From Catajapyx aquilonaris (lineage: Eukaryota): a DNA stretch of 60,327 nt. The notes below the pieces were generated by a model. It ran no database searches. It saw only the letters and a program-made list of their open reading frames with translations, and was not told the origin of the DNA. The stretch lies in NCBI GenBank assembly GCA_000934665.2, contig JYFJ02002275.1, forward strand, positions 1-60,327, given 5' to 3'. Shown here in pieces: positions 37,156 through 50,945 of this stretch. Numbering within the stretch: position 1 is the first letter of the stretch; the number at the start of each line of letters is the position of its first letter. The translations under genes and the position numbers were made by a program.

Positions 37156-40100
37156 ATTGACTGCACCTAATACGAGTACATTCATTAAACTGCGAAGATT
37201 AAGGGCGAGAGAAAAGAGAAGGGTTGTGGCCTGGTTTTGGGAACCATCCAGGAATTCAACTGGAATTGAATAAGGAAGACCACAGAAAACATTCTCAATC
37301 GAATATTTGACACTGATTAAATCAATCGCTGTTCTTCCCTACAGTTCTGGAAGTCTGATGGGTCAACTGAAATATTAGACTCACTAGGAAATGTCATTTA
37401 TAATCTCGAGTGTTTTTTTATAAACTTACTGGAACCAGGTCAAAAAATTACGCCTGCAGAAAATCATAATTATCTAATTGTAAGAAGTATTTACTCTGTT
37501 GGTCATGAAAAAATACATAACTACAGACTACTGTATATAACTCTATAATAAATCAACCTACCGTTATAGCTGATATGTCAAGCGACTATAGTGTATAATT
37601 ATGTATAGAATGAACTCATATAGGAATTTTTCCTACTGGATATTGTTGGCCAGTATCGTCCACCAGGATGAAAGGAAATTTGATTTTATTCGAAGAGCAT
37701 ATCCCCAAATTTTTGCGAACATATAAGTTATTTTATCGCTTGTGATATTAAAGTTCAATTTTCATTCGCATATGACGAAACTGTGTATTGAAATAACCTC
37801 TGAATTATTTCGACCCAAATATTTCTCAATGTGTAAAAACTGCCCTTGGTGCATGACTGTTGCGGTGAAGTGAGAGCAGAACCTTGGCTAAGAGTGTCCT
37901 CCCCGCGTAAAGCAATCTCATCTTCCGAGAAGCCGAGGCCTGCTGGTAACTTCAGTGTACCTACAGTAGTTCTAAGGAAAAGGGTTGTTTCTGTGTGACT
38001 ACTCTATTTGTCAACAAGTTTCTGCCTTGGTTGGAGATTGGTCTGACTGCGTGTGTTGCGAGCGTGCCGAGGCCTCTCTCCGCAGCCCTTCCATTTACAC
38101 TAAGAGCTGCTAATTTAGTTGGATGTAGTCCGGACAAGGTTGAAATGGACGTATAGAAACGACGGAAATGGCGCAACTGGACTTCTCCTCACTAGTCAGC
38201 TCTTCCTGACGACAAATGGAGCCAAAAATGCAGTGCTCTACGTCTAGCAAAAGGCGTCCACTGACTCTCGGAATCACTAACTAAGTTAACTCATTCCTAC
38301 TCACAATTATCACGCTTTTCACAACTTTCCAACAATGGACCTTTGATGTGGAAGATTTGACGACTGCAGCCAAAATCTCGTCAGCTTCGTAGCCTACTAT
38401 AAGGCTTATTATCGAAATGAAAAGGAAGGTTTTAGTGGTGGCTGTGGGGGAGCTGCGGAAGAAAGTTTGTTCATTAAAGAGCGATTGAAAATGTGTGACA
38501 CATTATACATACTTTAAAATCTACGTATCATTAATTACCCATCGCTCGTATACTAGTTTCATAGGATCAGTTTGATGCGTCGAATCACAAATAATGTCAT
38601 GATATTAGAACGGATGCCTCAATAGCCAACATGGTAATTTGTGCACCGAAGATTCTGTTGGCCATGTGCGATGAGTTCATATAGGCAGACAAGCATGCGA
38701 CTGCATATAATTATGCAGTATAATAGAGTATTTATTTTTAATGACTTGCGTAATTTGCAAAATTGTGCTGTCCGGAATTTAATATCTTGTGCAGCACTCG
38801 CTAGGCCTCTCTACTCGAACAGTAAAACGTGAAATACCGTGTGTAATGTACATGAATTTTGGAGGTCACCTACTGAGGCGCTTTTGTATCCAAGTTCTCA
38901 GCACTGTGGAATATTTCAGGTATGCCCACTGGCACTTCATATAAGGCATGATAAATTTCAGCAATATGCCTAATGTTTTGAGTATAATCAAGTTGTTCCC
39001 ATCACTGCTGATGGATAAACGTGGTTCCCGTGGACAGTTCAAAGTTCCTACATCAAATTGAATTGCATTATTGATCCAGTAAATAATTTGATATCATTAG
39101 TGACATTTGCCTGCATGGATTTTGATAATAAAAATGAACGGGAGAGTCATGATATGAATTCATTGAAATAAATTGACAGCCCGTACGTTTTTTGCGTGGT
39201 CTCAACTATACCATTCATCATCAGTGACACGGACCACTTCATTATGTCGCTCTCCGAGATAGATGACAGTATACTGTATAAGGGCAGGATAACTATGATA
39301 TTATCGTATGTTACAGTCATGTTATACGATCTCAAAAATGGATTTGACCTCATTTAAATATCTCCAACATATTTGGGATGGTGAAATGGATTATTGCAGA
39401 TGATTTAATATATTATTATAGCAAGGAGTAAATATGCAGGGTGGTGCACATATTGGTTTCCGCAGATATTTCAGTATACATTATTAAACACGGATTGGTT
39501 TTTAAAATACAAAAATCTGCTTTGTGCTGTTATCACGCCAAAATTACATGAAAATTATACCCTCTACCCTATGTGGACACAGCACAAGCTTCGCCACTCC
39601 CTAAATTAAAACATGGCAGGTAGATAACAATGTGTGCAGCAGTAGGGACTTGATGCATGATTCTTTGTTCTTGTCCAGATATGGTCACATATTTTTCCGT
39701 ATGTCCAGCAATAAAGAGTAGCGTCGTTTCTCTCTCCAGAATATACGACACTGTGTATTTGGCTGGATTTCGCACACCACTAACCTCACACCGCACCGTT
39801 TCGAGCTTTTGAAATACTAGTCTGTATTTCTCCATCGGTACACATCCTTTTCTTCTCTTTCCAATGATTCCACACAATGACAAACCTTTTCTTTCCCACC
39901 GGGGAAGCATTTTGTTGACCGAAGATTGTGCCGTGGCTACTCATGTTGGCTTGATTTGAAGGTGGGCTTTTGCTGGGCCCACAATTCCCTCCACTCACTC
40001 TGAACATAACCACCACCTTGTGCTACACATGCCGCTCTGGTGACACTTTTGCCAAGCACATGTTAATCTGGCTGAGTACTCAGGGAGTAGGGGAATGGAA

Positions 40101-41285
40101 GGGGTTAAAAAAAGTGCAGGCGTGTGGATGCAGGGAATCATTATCCAAATTTCCCTGGAACAAGCCTGCCTTGCCATTTGCCTGAATTTTTGCGATAAGA
40201 CCTTCTCCAAACAGGAAGGTGTCAGGGAGTTATTTTTTGCGCTAATCGCTATGACACGATGGCGTCAAGTTTGTCCTCAGTCTAGTGCGCACGATTCAGA
40301 GCATCCTGCGCCCAAACCATCTTGAAAGCTACATGGGCACCAAAAAAGTGACCAGCAGACACAGCCAGCATTCCTCCACCAAAGTCTTGAGAGAAAAATA
40401 ATGTTCACTTGGCAACCCCCAAGCAGGCCCAAAACCTAGCTCTTAGCCGACTCCACCAGCATGACGCATCAGACAGAAAGACAAACATTGGTTATTCTCT
40501 TGAACTTGCTGGCGCTGCAAAGTCCGCTTAATATTATTTAACTAACCTTACTAGTTTGAAATGTCGCGTAGTCAGACATCAAAGGATGCTGACTTTGCAG
40601 GGCTTAGAGCCACCAGCCACGAGGACGGAGATAATGTGCACACTGGGCTACTACCGCATAAAAGGAGTTTGAAGACGGAAAAAATAAGGAACTCGAAGCC
40701 CATAATGAGAGGAGGTCCGTAGAATAATGACTCTTTATGGTGAGGAGATGTAGCGCACTAGTTGGCTTCTTTCAAACGCACTCGCTTCTTTATGATTAAT
40801 GCGATGTGCCGGGAGAGGAAGAACGTGGTGAGATGATTTGAAAATAATTGGTAAATCCCCATTATTTTTAGAACCTATTTCATCAATAATCATTAGTCGG
40901 GCCGTGCTTCATGCTTGGAGTGCATTTATTGGATTGGACGCTGGGAATTAAGAGCCTGAGGGGGTTTGTGATTGATGAAAAGCGAGCCTCCCTGGAGCTC
41001 AGGCTTTTGGTCAAAATTCAAGTGTCTTTATTTGCAGTGCCAGTTGCATGTACCTACAAAAACCCTCATCCGATCATCTACGCTTAGAGAGGTAAATTCA
41101 TAGTGCCTATGGCATGTTGCGTAATATTATCCGGGGGGAAATGTGCGTGTTCTGATGAGCACCAAAAATGTATTTCAACAGTGTCACTAATTTACTCTTG
41201 ATATAAATTCTAGTGCAGGACCACACCCATGCAATTGCACCAAAGCAGCTCAGGATTTGTTTGTCAAGCCTGCATGAATATAAAC

Positions 41286-42021
41286 GGCCATGCAAAGATA
41301 CTAAGGAAAGAGGAAGATTGGAAATAAGCCCCTCTAACGTGTCTCACTGCTATGGAAGTTTGTAGCTAGCTCGCCGTCGGCGCTAGTGTGGTGGATGGGT
41401 GGGGAGAATGTGGGGAGGAGCTGCGGAGTGGCCGAGTGGGGAGGAGAAGGGTGGAGGTCGCATGGGAGGTCGTGGTCACTGGTTAGGATCGAAGGAGACC
41501 AACACGTTGTAACCACGTTGGGACTTAAAGATGGCGGGCCGGCTTTGTTCAGCTCGCTATTGCTGTGTGAAGAGAGGCAAGGATAGGCCTACTACTTTAT
41601 TCGCGTACCCCAAAGATCCAAAGCTGCACCGAGAGTGATGCTTACGTTCCGGCAGGAGTCACTTGTTGGAAAGGGGAAATCACTTGGCAGTTGAGCGTAC
41701 AACGGACTTGTAAAAAGCCGGACTTGTCGGACTTGGCGCCTAATACCGTACAACGGACTTGACGAGTGATTACCCCTTGCTTGTTGGGGAAGCATGGCGC
41801 AAAGGCACGCTACAATGATCTCTGCAAGCAATAATCCCTGACAATAGTATGAGGAAGTTCTGAAGTATATCGTAATTCCAACTCTACCTTCTCATATTTA
41901 CAGCACTATATTTGCTTTGTAGCTGGCTCAGTAGGGGGTCGCACTGAGGATTGAACCCACCATACAACATAGCGTTCCCTGCTTATTTTAATCTTCCTCT
42001 TTCCTTAGTATCTTTGCGGCC
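41286..42021. mobile_element. MITE with ~40-bp TIRs
   Basis: GCAAAGATACTAAGGAAAGAGGAAGATT..AAATAAGC / GCTTATTTTAATCTTCCTCTTTCCTTAGTATCTTTGC. Confidence 0.75.
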
Positions 42022-42311
42022 ATGTCCTATTCCTACTGTGGCAGCAGTTCTGATTTACTTTTAGTTCAAATGCAGCAGAACTCACTCACCACCTTATCTA
42101 AAAACCACCCACTGTGGACAATATATAGGTTGGAGGTTCTATAAAAGAAAACAGCTCGAATTTTTTGCATTCAAGTTGCGCAAAAAATTACGCCATCTCC
42201 ACTGGATTTAAAGAGGAGAAGGTCTTTTACTTGGGTACATCGCTAGACTCGTCAGATGAATACACCCATTGCAGTCACATATTATATAGCAATGAAAACG
42301 TACGCAACAGT

Positions 42312-42673
42312 GGGGAGGTGTAGAGGGCCGAGATGGTAACGTCTCGGCTTGCTGTGTGAAAGGCCCCAGGTTCGATCCCCGCCTGGGGAACTTTCCTTTC
42401 ACCTGCGTCAGGAGGGTCTCTGACCTGCACCAAGGAGGTGTCTGGCAACCTAACCTCCTGGGGAACAGCACATGACCCATTTGTAGACACTATTGCACTT
42501 GCACCAATGTTCCCTCCCCAAAAATCCCTATATCCTTACCTCATGTCCTTTCATCCTTGCACCGGAGTTAGAAGAAAAAGATCAGAAAATTGAAGGAAAA
42601 AATGGTGGTATTCCACTCCCCTATAAGGGCCTATGCCCTGTGGCCCTATCACGGGGTAACGTATAAAAAAAAC
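42312..42673 (+). mobile_element. tRNA-derived SINE, family D
   Basis: GGGGAGG start, A-box-like GGGCCGAGATGG, B-box GGTTCGATCCC. Tail ATGGTGGTATTCCAC-TCCCCTATAAGGGCC..GGCCCTATCACGGGGTA-polyA. TSD tacgcaacagt (42301-42311, 42674-42684). Confidence 0.88.
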
Positions 42674-43226
42674 TACGCAACAGTATAAAGAGTGATGAAT
42701 GCTTATTATGGCGGATTTAGTCCTACATACTTTCAGGTACAATTATTGTACACTTATCGCACGATAGGATTGAGTGTTCCCTCTAGCTATAAGCGAACAC
42801 CCAAGGACGCATTGTTCTTACTACAACTAGGATCGACTCCAGTAGGGCCCTCGATCCGAAATGATCCCCCGAAATGCTCACTGCATCATCTGGTAACTCA
42901 ATCAGGATTGCAGTGGCGTGAAATGGGTACAACGAGTGTTCGCTAATCCAGATCATTGATCAGATCTTGGCCATCGAGGATACGGCTTGTAACCCAAATC
43001 CGGCTGACTAGGCTCCCTATCAAGATCTAACTGCAGAAATAGTATATAGCAACGGGTTCTCTCGCTGGAGGAGTCGCTAGAGGGCCATAACCCTCGAGTG
43101 TGTAGCTGGGCCTCAGCCCATACCAAGGCGAAGGTCGCCATCAAAATAATATAGTCGTAAATGAACTTGTGTTAATTTAATACAGTCCATGTCAACATTT
43201 CTCATATTATTACGTATATACCTACG

Positions 43227-43486
43227 ACCGAAGCAGGTTGGTGTGGTGGTTAAGGAGTCCGACTGCTAATAGGGAGGCCCTGAGTTCGAATTCCGGGGCC
43301 TGCGGATCCTGACCGTGGTTTTCTGTGGTTTTCCACGGTCCCCCAGGACAATTCCGGGATTGCTTCCGTACAATAGGCCACAGCCTTTCTTCCCTATCCT
43401 TGCCCCCATCCAATGGTGGTATTCCACCCACCTAATGGAGCACCGATTCTCCCAATGGGGTATAAAAATAAATAAAAATAAATAAA
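43227..43486 (+). mobile_element. tRNA-derived SINE, family C, copy 2
   Basis: Head and body as 7934-8110; B-box GAGTTCGAATTCC; tail ATGGTGGTATTCCAC...CTCCCAATGGGGTA plus A-rich run; TSD atacctacg (43218-43226, 43487-43495). Confidence 0.9.
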
Positions 43487-43495
43487 ATACCTACG

Positions 43496-43705
43496 GGCGT
43501 AGTGGTTATTGTCACAGTCTTTCACCTCTGAGGTTCCAACATCCATCCCCGGATAGGACAGAGGAGACTTATGTGGGTAGAGTATCGATGGGTTCTCTCC
43601 GTGCTCGCATGGGTTTTCACGGGGATCTCCCGTTTCCTCTCACTATCAAAATCTATCACAGTACAGACAATGATTAGGCCATGGAAAAGACGATCCCCTA
43701 TATTG
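43496..43705 (+). mobile_element. SINE family B (V-SINE-like), copy 2
   Basis: Collinear with 7324-7535 including the core GGGTTCTCTCCGTGCTCGCATGGGTTTTCACGGGGATCTCCCGTTTCCTCTCACTATCAAAATC. Confidence 0.85.
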
Positions 43706-44900
43706 AGGTAACTAGAAAACAAATGAAAATTGCTTCGGCCATATAAATGAGCTTGGTAGGGTTGATTGGGAGGTTGGGGGGTTAAGGAATAATGGCTGGG
43801 GGAATGACCTTGTTGTGCTTGTGCATGCCGCTAGCTATATTATTATACGTGGGCGGGACCTAGGCTGGAAATTTTCACCCACTCAGATTGACTCGAATTA
43901 TTCCCCCCTCCCCCGATTTAATTGAACGTTACTGAACACATTTCGATGGCTCTATTCTCTTTAGTCTACCTACTCTATGTAATCCCCTCCCCCTCCCCCG
44001 GTGTGATTATTATAATATCTCCCTGGATAGATTATATTGTAAGCTTTCTCTACACCGAGAGAAACTTAGTAGCCTCTATTGTTGATAATTTTAAAATCCT
44101 GGCAAATAATGTGTATTATCTCGCCCTAAATGGATGGGCGCATATTCTCCGAAGGCATGTGCAGGGTGTTTCTCAGCCTACTAAGGTGATGGTCCTCAGA
44201 GGTGGGAGGCTGCATAATATTGAATTACTTATCTCCTCAAACCAGTTATCCTTTAGCGATAAGCTTAACCGCTCCTTGGTTGCGTATATGCATACCATTG
44301 GTATTTTTCTGTGCCAAAGCAGGCCCAATGAACAAAAACTTGGCGTATGCAACCCGAACACACGACACATCTGTTTCGAGTTCAGCCGAAAGACACTTCT
44401 GATGTAAGCCGGTTCTGGCCTGGCTCATATTAGCGTGAATTAGGCAGCAGATAACACGGAAACCTCCGCACAACCCGACATGTCAGGACCATTCCCCAAG
44501 CAACGGTTAATTGGGATTCCGCCATCTTGGTAAGGGTCATTCATCTGGCATACTCGGACGTGCACCAGATGAAGCGTGGCCACCACCTAGTTCTCCAGGC
44601 CACCACCTAGTAACATGACTGTCACGGTTTCACTCACACCGGCTCATTTCAACGCATACATATCGCTTTTGAGAAAAACGTGCTGTACTCTTTGAGTAAG
44701 AAAATATTGTTGATTCTTGTGGATCAATTAATGCGACGAACTCAGTGTCCCGTTGATATTTTAAGAGCGTTAAAAACTGTATGTGTGAGTGTGTGTGAGA
44801 GGGTGAGGGAAGGAGAGGGGAAGAGGGGGAGGGGGAGAGAGGTGGGTGCGATCCTGAAAGCACGCCTTCACTCCTATCTCTATCTTGATTTCCCTTGCAG

Positions 44901-45109
44901 TTACGACGCTCGTGGCAAGCCCTCGGCACACGCTAAGCACTGGTCGGACGAGATTACATTGGGCCAACGGGCTTATTTCCGGACTATAACAGAACCAGCC
45001 TCACTCTCGATCGATAATGTGCAGGAGAGCGACGAAGGACTGTACAGGTGCCGCGTGGACTTTCAGCGATCGCCGACCAGGAATGCCAAGGTCAACCTCA
45101 CGGTCATAG
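44901..45109 (+). CDS. Internal coding exon of a Sidestep-family / nephrin-like Ig-superfamily adhesion protein (second half of the first V-type Ig domain)
   Basis: Acceptor tcccttgcag| at 44900 and donor G|gtaagt at 45110; 209 nt, phase 2 to phase 1. Encodes (S)YDARGKPSAHAKHWSDEITLGQRAYFRTITEPASLSIDNVQESDEGLYRCRVDFQRSPTRNAKVNLTVI. The YRCRVDF..PTRN..VNLTVI motif is typical of arthropod Side proteins. Paralogue cannot be assigned. Confidence 0.93.
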
Positions 45110-48100
45110 GTAAGTGCCCATTTTGATTGACTAGCTCCCGTCCAATATACTTCCGCCTTCTATTTTAAGGACCTGTGTGCCTCATATCCGTTCAGCGAAC
45201 AACTTGACATGGTCACTGTTACTCTTGTTGAAATCTCTACGATCTTTTGCTTTGCTTTCAAATCATCCCGGCTTTTCAGATCAATTTCACCTTGGAAGAT
45301 TTATTTTTCGCGTCACATTAAATGCTTTAAAATCTAAAATGATTAACTTTGTGAAGACACAGCTAACCAATTGGCTAAACTTTGCACCCAAACGCGATAA
45401 CTGAGGGCGATAAGACGGTCGCGAACACGCATACATTTTGAAAATGATGATCCGCAATGATGACAACCCACACCTCTTCGCTAGCGTCTTCCAATAAGCA
45501 TTTGAGTTAGGATAGAAGGGTAGGATTCAGCTAGGGGCGGTAGTGGGTCAGCGCTACCTTAATGGGCTTGGATGCACAATCGTCAATTCCATTAGGTCCA
45601 GTGTGATCCAACTGAAGTGGCCGTAATCAAAAATTACAGCAGCTATAGTATTAAGTTGAAGAGAAGCAGTCACTCTGACCCTAAAATTAGATGAATTTCG
45701 GCGCTTAAGACATTACAGATGACCCTTTCTGACCCATTGCCACCTGAGATTGGTTGGAAACATCCCCTGGACATGGAAATGAACGTCCGTGTTTTGATTT
45801 TCCAAAAGTAGAAATCCCTCGCGTAAACTCTTTGTTGTTAGTTGAATGGATATACACACACAGTGTGTTCCAAATGAAACATTCGGAATGGCCCGAGTTG
45901 CTTATTTTTACACAGTTACCTTAGAACAGCTACTTTGAGACATTATCTGAATTATGGGTTGCTAATATTAGGTTGCGTTGAACTGGTTCCTCTTTAACGC
46001 CTGCAGAAAATAGGTTCCATTATTGACGTTCGTCCAACCAATTCCCAATCGGAAATTCACTGAAATTCAATAAAGCTTCGGTAGATGATCCAATTTGGCT
46101 TAATATTAGCAGCCACAACTTTAATAACAGCTACAAATAACTGGTCTATTGTAACTGCTTATCATTGAGCAGATTGGTTCGATAAAAAATTGTAAACTAC
46201 GGTATGTCTACTACAGACATTTCAATTGGAGCATGCCATAATAATTATGTACAAGTGCCAGTATAGATTAGATTATTTTGTTCATGCATGCATCGACAGG
46301 ATGTTGCCCGCATAATCTAGAGCAGCAAGGAATAGAAAATTGTATACCCGAGTGTATGAACAGAGGCAGACATTTTTTATCCCAGGAATTGCGTGGCGGG
46401 GATAGTCGAGACAAGCCATGAAAAACCTTACCCATAAGAACCAGCTGTGACAATCGGGTAAATCATTCATCATGTCCGTTGTACTGTCAGACACCAAGGC
46501 TGACCAAGTCCGGCAGTTGAAAAGTTCATTGTACACTTGACCAGCCCATGATTGATTCCTTATTTCCGAGTGACACTCGGAAGCATAGCCTACTGTAGTC
46601 TGCATTGGTATTGTCTCATGTTATGAGGTGGACCATGTGACTGGTGCATTCAGCAAATTATGGTCACTGACGACTTCCAAATTAGTTTTATAGGGCGTAA
46701 TGAGACGCACCTCGTATTAGACGTGCAAATATGGTGTCGAAATATCGATGTCACTTCACAGTGGATTGAGCACCGGTGAAAGCTGCACTTCATTAGGAAA
46801 TAGGACGTGCAAAATTGTGCCACTGGCCTCTGGTGTCAGGCTCATGCGGACACGCCTGCCTCGGCTTTTTGGCAGGTTCAGAAAATTTGAGAACGCTGTG
46901 GAAGAGACAGGAAGGGCGGCTGTCCAAATTGTCAGAAATAGGCAAATACAGAGTCCTGACCTGACCGAACGTTAGGCTATTTCCAACTTTGATAAACAAT
47001 AGTCAAATTATTGCATTTGACACATGATTTCTACTTCACTGTAGCCTACTTTTTTGCATTGTTTTCTTTATAGGAATGCTTATATGCGGGATGTTTTGCT
47101 TCAGAAAATGAAAGTTGCAGAGATGTATTAACCCATGAATATTGCTGTTTAGACTGTATTTTTCTATTAGAAAGTGAAACAGTAATTATTTTACAGCTTC
47201 AGTGTCATATAAATTGTATAGAACCAGGTTGTTGTCTTTTTGCAAACCGAAGTACAGTGTGTTCTAAAAGGAATGTCCAAAATGGTTAGTACCAAAATTT
47301 CACTAACCACTACATACATATTAAAAATAACCAGCCACTCGATCCGACTATAATGTTTGAGAATCATTAGCTCTTTCCGATTACACTACATGTAAGTGAA
47401 TGGAGTGTATTTATTGGTGTCATACAAACTTTTCAATATATCGAAGAAGACATGACACGAGAATTACATTCGTGCTACTTCCACTAAAGCTAATATTAGC
47501 ACCTAATATATTTGATAACCTTTACAAGAAACTGCTCCTTAGTTCCTAAAGTGGGACTATAACCACTACGGGCATTTCAATTGGAACACTTTGAATAAGC
47601 CATACACGATACACCACAAGTCCATCCATTAATAAGGGATGAGCGCGCACACAATTGGAGTGGAATTCATCGAAAAGAAAATAGAAGTAGATTTCAGACT
47701 TCATAGTGCATTCATCATACACCCAGATTGGCAGACAAGATCTGAGAGAGTCGACGTAGAGGAAAATGGGGTGAGGATGTGTTTCGGGAATCGATATCCT
47801 AGCCAAATTTGCCTAGATTCAGACATCTAGGTAGCAGGTTGACAGGAGCCCAGAGAGTGACGTGCACTTGCCTAGGTAGAATGGATGTAATGGAGAAAAT
47901 AATCCCCCGCGGGGTCGCATACGACTCTTTCCACAAGAACCCTCTTAAACAGGAATCCATCGGGAGCGAAATGTGGGGGCCAGGAAGAAGTGGTTGAGTT
48001 ATCCCACCGTGTGGGAGGGACTGTGGGCCCAAAATGTCAAAGCTTGCAGCCACAGCACAGGCTTGAAGAATATATTGCTCGCAATCTCATGCATTCCATT

Positions 48101-50945
48101 TCTCAACGGAGTTTAGTGAGTTAGGCTAATTTTATCCTTGCTGGTCGGTCCGAGAATGCCAGCTGGCTATAGGAGGGTCATGGCAATCTGGATGACTGTA
48201 TAGATACCCGGTCAGAAGGTTATTACTGTGCTTAGACCCGCAAGTCGCAACTTCGACATGAAACAGAATTTTGCCTTACAGTGGCATTGTTGCAATCTTT
48301 TAATGCAGTGGCTCTCGAGGCATGTATAGCATCACTGTAACTGTAATGTTGAGGCGTACGCAGATATGGAACCTTGTGAAATTCTAGAGTTTGAAATATA
48401 TTAAATGGCCTCGTATACTCACGGGCCAAATGCGGTTGACACCAGAGCGACAGTAAAGCTATAGTGGAAATTTAAACATGGGCACCCCTCCTGACCATTT
48501 CGGTCCCAACAGCCATCAGGACTGGGCGCAACAGGGTCGGATACGTGATTGTGGCGAATGAAAGCAAGGCAATCATGACTTGGAGTGCAAGGTTCAGCAG
48601 CGTAGCAATGTTCTTAGGGAGTACACAGTAACTGCACTGTATGGCATGGCATTGCATTGCATTCTCCCCATACATCTCTTATTCATAGCGTTACTTGCTC
48701 GTATGGGAGCTTGGGTTCTAAAAAGGATGATGGATGCCTGCTGGTATTATTTCTACTGAGGCTGCAGTCGACCTAATGTCAACCGTTTGACCAATGGGTA
48801 GGTGAGACTTACTGAAACTGCAAACTCTTGCTCTTCACTTCATTTAAAAAAACATATGTCCGCTTCGACTAACCCTTATTGTATATTCTGTATGCAGGAT
48901 GTTATGTCAAGTGGTGTATTTGCGTTCTAGATAGTCGTAACAAATACGGCTGCATTATTATTCAGCGAACCCGGATGTAGAGTTCCATACCCAGCACCTA
49001 AGTTAATACTGTTTTCCCTATTCAACTGGCCAATTTTTTGAAAAAAGTACGGCTAGTTTTATTTAGGAGCTACATACAGTACATGAAACAAACTCTTCCC
49101 CCTTTTTCCGGCGCGAAGTTAATAACTTATTTTGCTTGAACAGCATGCCCTTTTGCATTGTTAGATAAAAAAGATTGGTGGTCCTGGCTAGGAGGCAAAT
49201 TGTGTGTGTGCGTCAATAAACACCGACGCACTGCATAAAAAAGTCACAAGTTGAAACAAACAGGACACTTGTTTGGCCTGCCGAAAATCCACTATGGGGC
49301 CTGAAATGAAACAACTTTGTGGCCCTTCCAATACTACCGAACGATTTTGATTGTATTGACTTTGCTTTTCCCTTGTGCAACTGACATTGCAGCATTTACC
49401 CACCGGGTTGTGCTCACTAATAGATTTCTGGAATGATAATTGAATTAATCCGCTGGCTGTGCATGAAATAAGCTTAAAATTCGATTTAGTGTGACAGGCA
49501 TGTATCACACTTGTTATGTAGCTCACAGTACATTTAGCTGTTCTAGCGCACTGCAGTGGACATTTATGAATAGTGACCTTATATAGCATTCCCCTCCCCT
49601 CCTCCTCTTTTTTTCCCCTCCCCAAATCTGGTATGTGAATGTAAATTTGATCAATATCGTGGGATGGTTGGTGTATAGGAATGGCTTGTAAACAGATTTT
49701 GACACAAATAATAATGCACTTGTGTCCATGTGCTCGGTGCCATACTTTATCCTTGGTTATTAGCGTAGATAAATGAACACACGTTTTGTGAGCTATTGCA
49801 ACCCGAATTGGCGCACGTGTATTGCTAGAGCACTCGATTTGCAATGTATCAGGCGGCATTTTCTGAGAAAGTCGGCTTGTGTGAAGGTAATGCCAGGATG
49901 GTGGTTATACAGCCGCGTGCTTGTATAGACTTCAAGGTTGCCTTTTTACGAATCGATTTGGAAAACGCACGGTCCACTTTGGCATAAAATTCATTTCTAG
50001 AGAGCGGCAGTGGGGTCGTTATATCGAACCGTTGTGGAGTTGGCTCAAATTGACTTAGCAGTTGGCAGACGTAATAGGACCTGCAAGATACTCACTGAGT
50101 AAACACATGTTTGGGCGATGCCAAATTGAGGAATTGAAAACTACAATAAGCTTTGTTGCGGGCCGACGTACAATCACGCATCTTTGTATGCAGCATGGGG
50201 GTGACTTGCGTCTTTGGGGCCTTACTTGCATGTGAAAACCACCTGTATTGTTAGTGGTAGCATGCTGGTTTGTGATCAGAGTGGGCCTCTTTCTGCACTA
50301 ATATGAGTCTAGTATGGTATATTTAGGGAGGGTTTGTGGTTTGGGAAAAATGCATGCCTACACAGCAGAATGCAGCTCTGTGATTACTTTACACGAGATT
50401 ACTCTGATACTTGAACTATTTTGACATCAAACGCCTTTCACTCAAGAGCCACAAGGTACTCGTAATATAGGTCGTCAGCGGGAGTCCAAAGTTGTGAAAT
50501 TGATGCAGGAATCCAAGTGTGTTAATGCGGAGATTCAGGTCATACTTGGGGGAGGGGGGGGGGATTATTGCTCGCATCTACGCATTGACCAATTTGTGAG
50601 TTACGCTTGTGTGCTTTAACGCTTCATGTTCTGCTTTACGTCCCAGAAAATGAATTGCCACAAAGATTTACTCGAATGGATTATAACTGGGCTTCCAATA
50701 CCCCCTATTATTAATGATCTGTGATGTCAGAGTCAGATTGGGATTAAGCGCACGCAGTCAAGTCGTCTTACATGGATCGATACTTTTGTCATTGCAGGAT
50801 GATCTCTGATTGGATAGTCGCGCAATCCTTTTCTATTCTGTTTTCTTATCGGGTTCTCTGTGAACAATATCACGTCCATTTTATACACCAAAGAAACTGT
50901 ACAGCATAATTTTTTTTCCTTCCTTAGTCTCAGCGAGAGTCAATA

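Noticed and set aside
15570..41180. CTGATGAG/CTGAAGAG hits as hammerhead ribozyme cores (~15574, 17406, 20842, 41152)
   Set aside because: No stem II followed by GAAA and closing stems could be built by eye.
44680..44900. N-terminal part of the 148-aa ORF 44680-45126
   Set aside because: Low-complexity intronic sequence upstream of a clear splice acceptor; Ig homology starts at 44901 and ends at the donor.
49188..49859. Longest ORF in the track (223 aa, minus)
   Set aside because: No recognisable domain, crosses a low-complexity tract, and lies antisense within an intron; probably chance.
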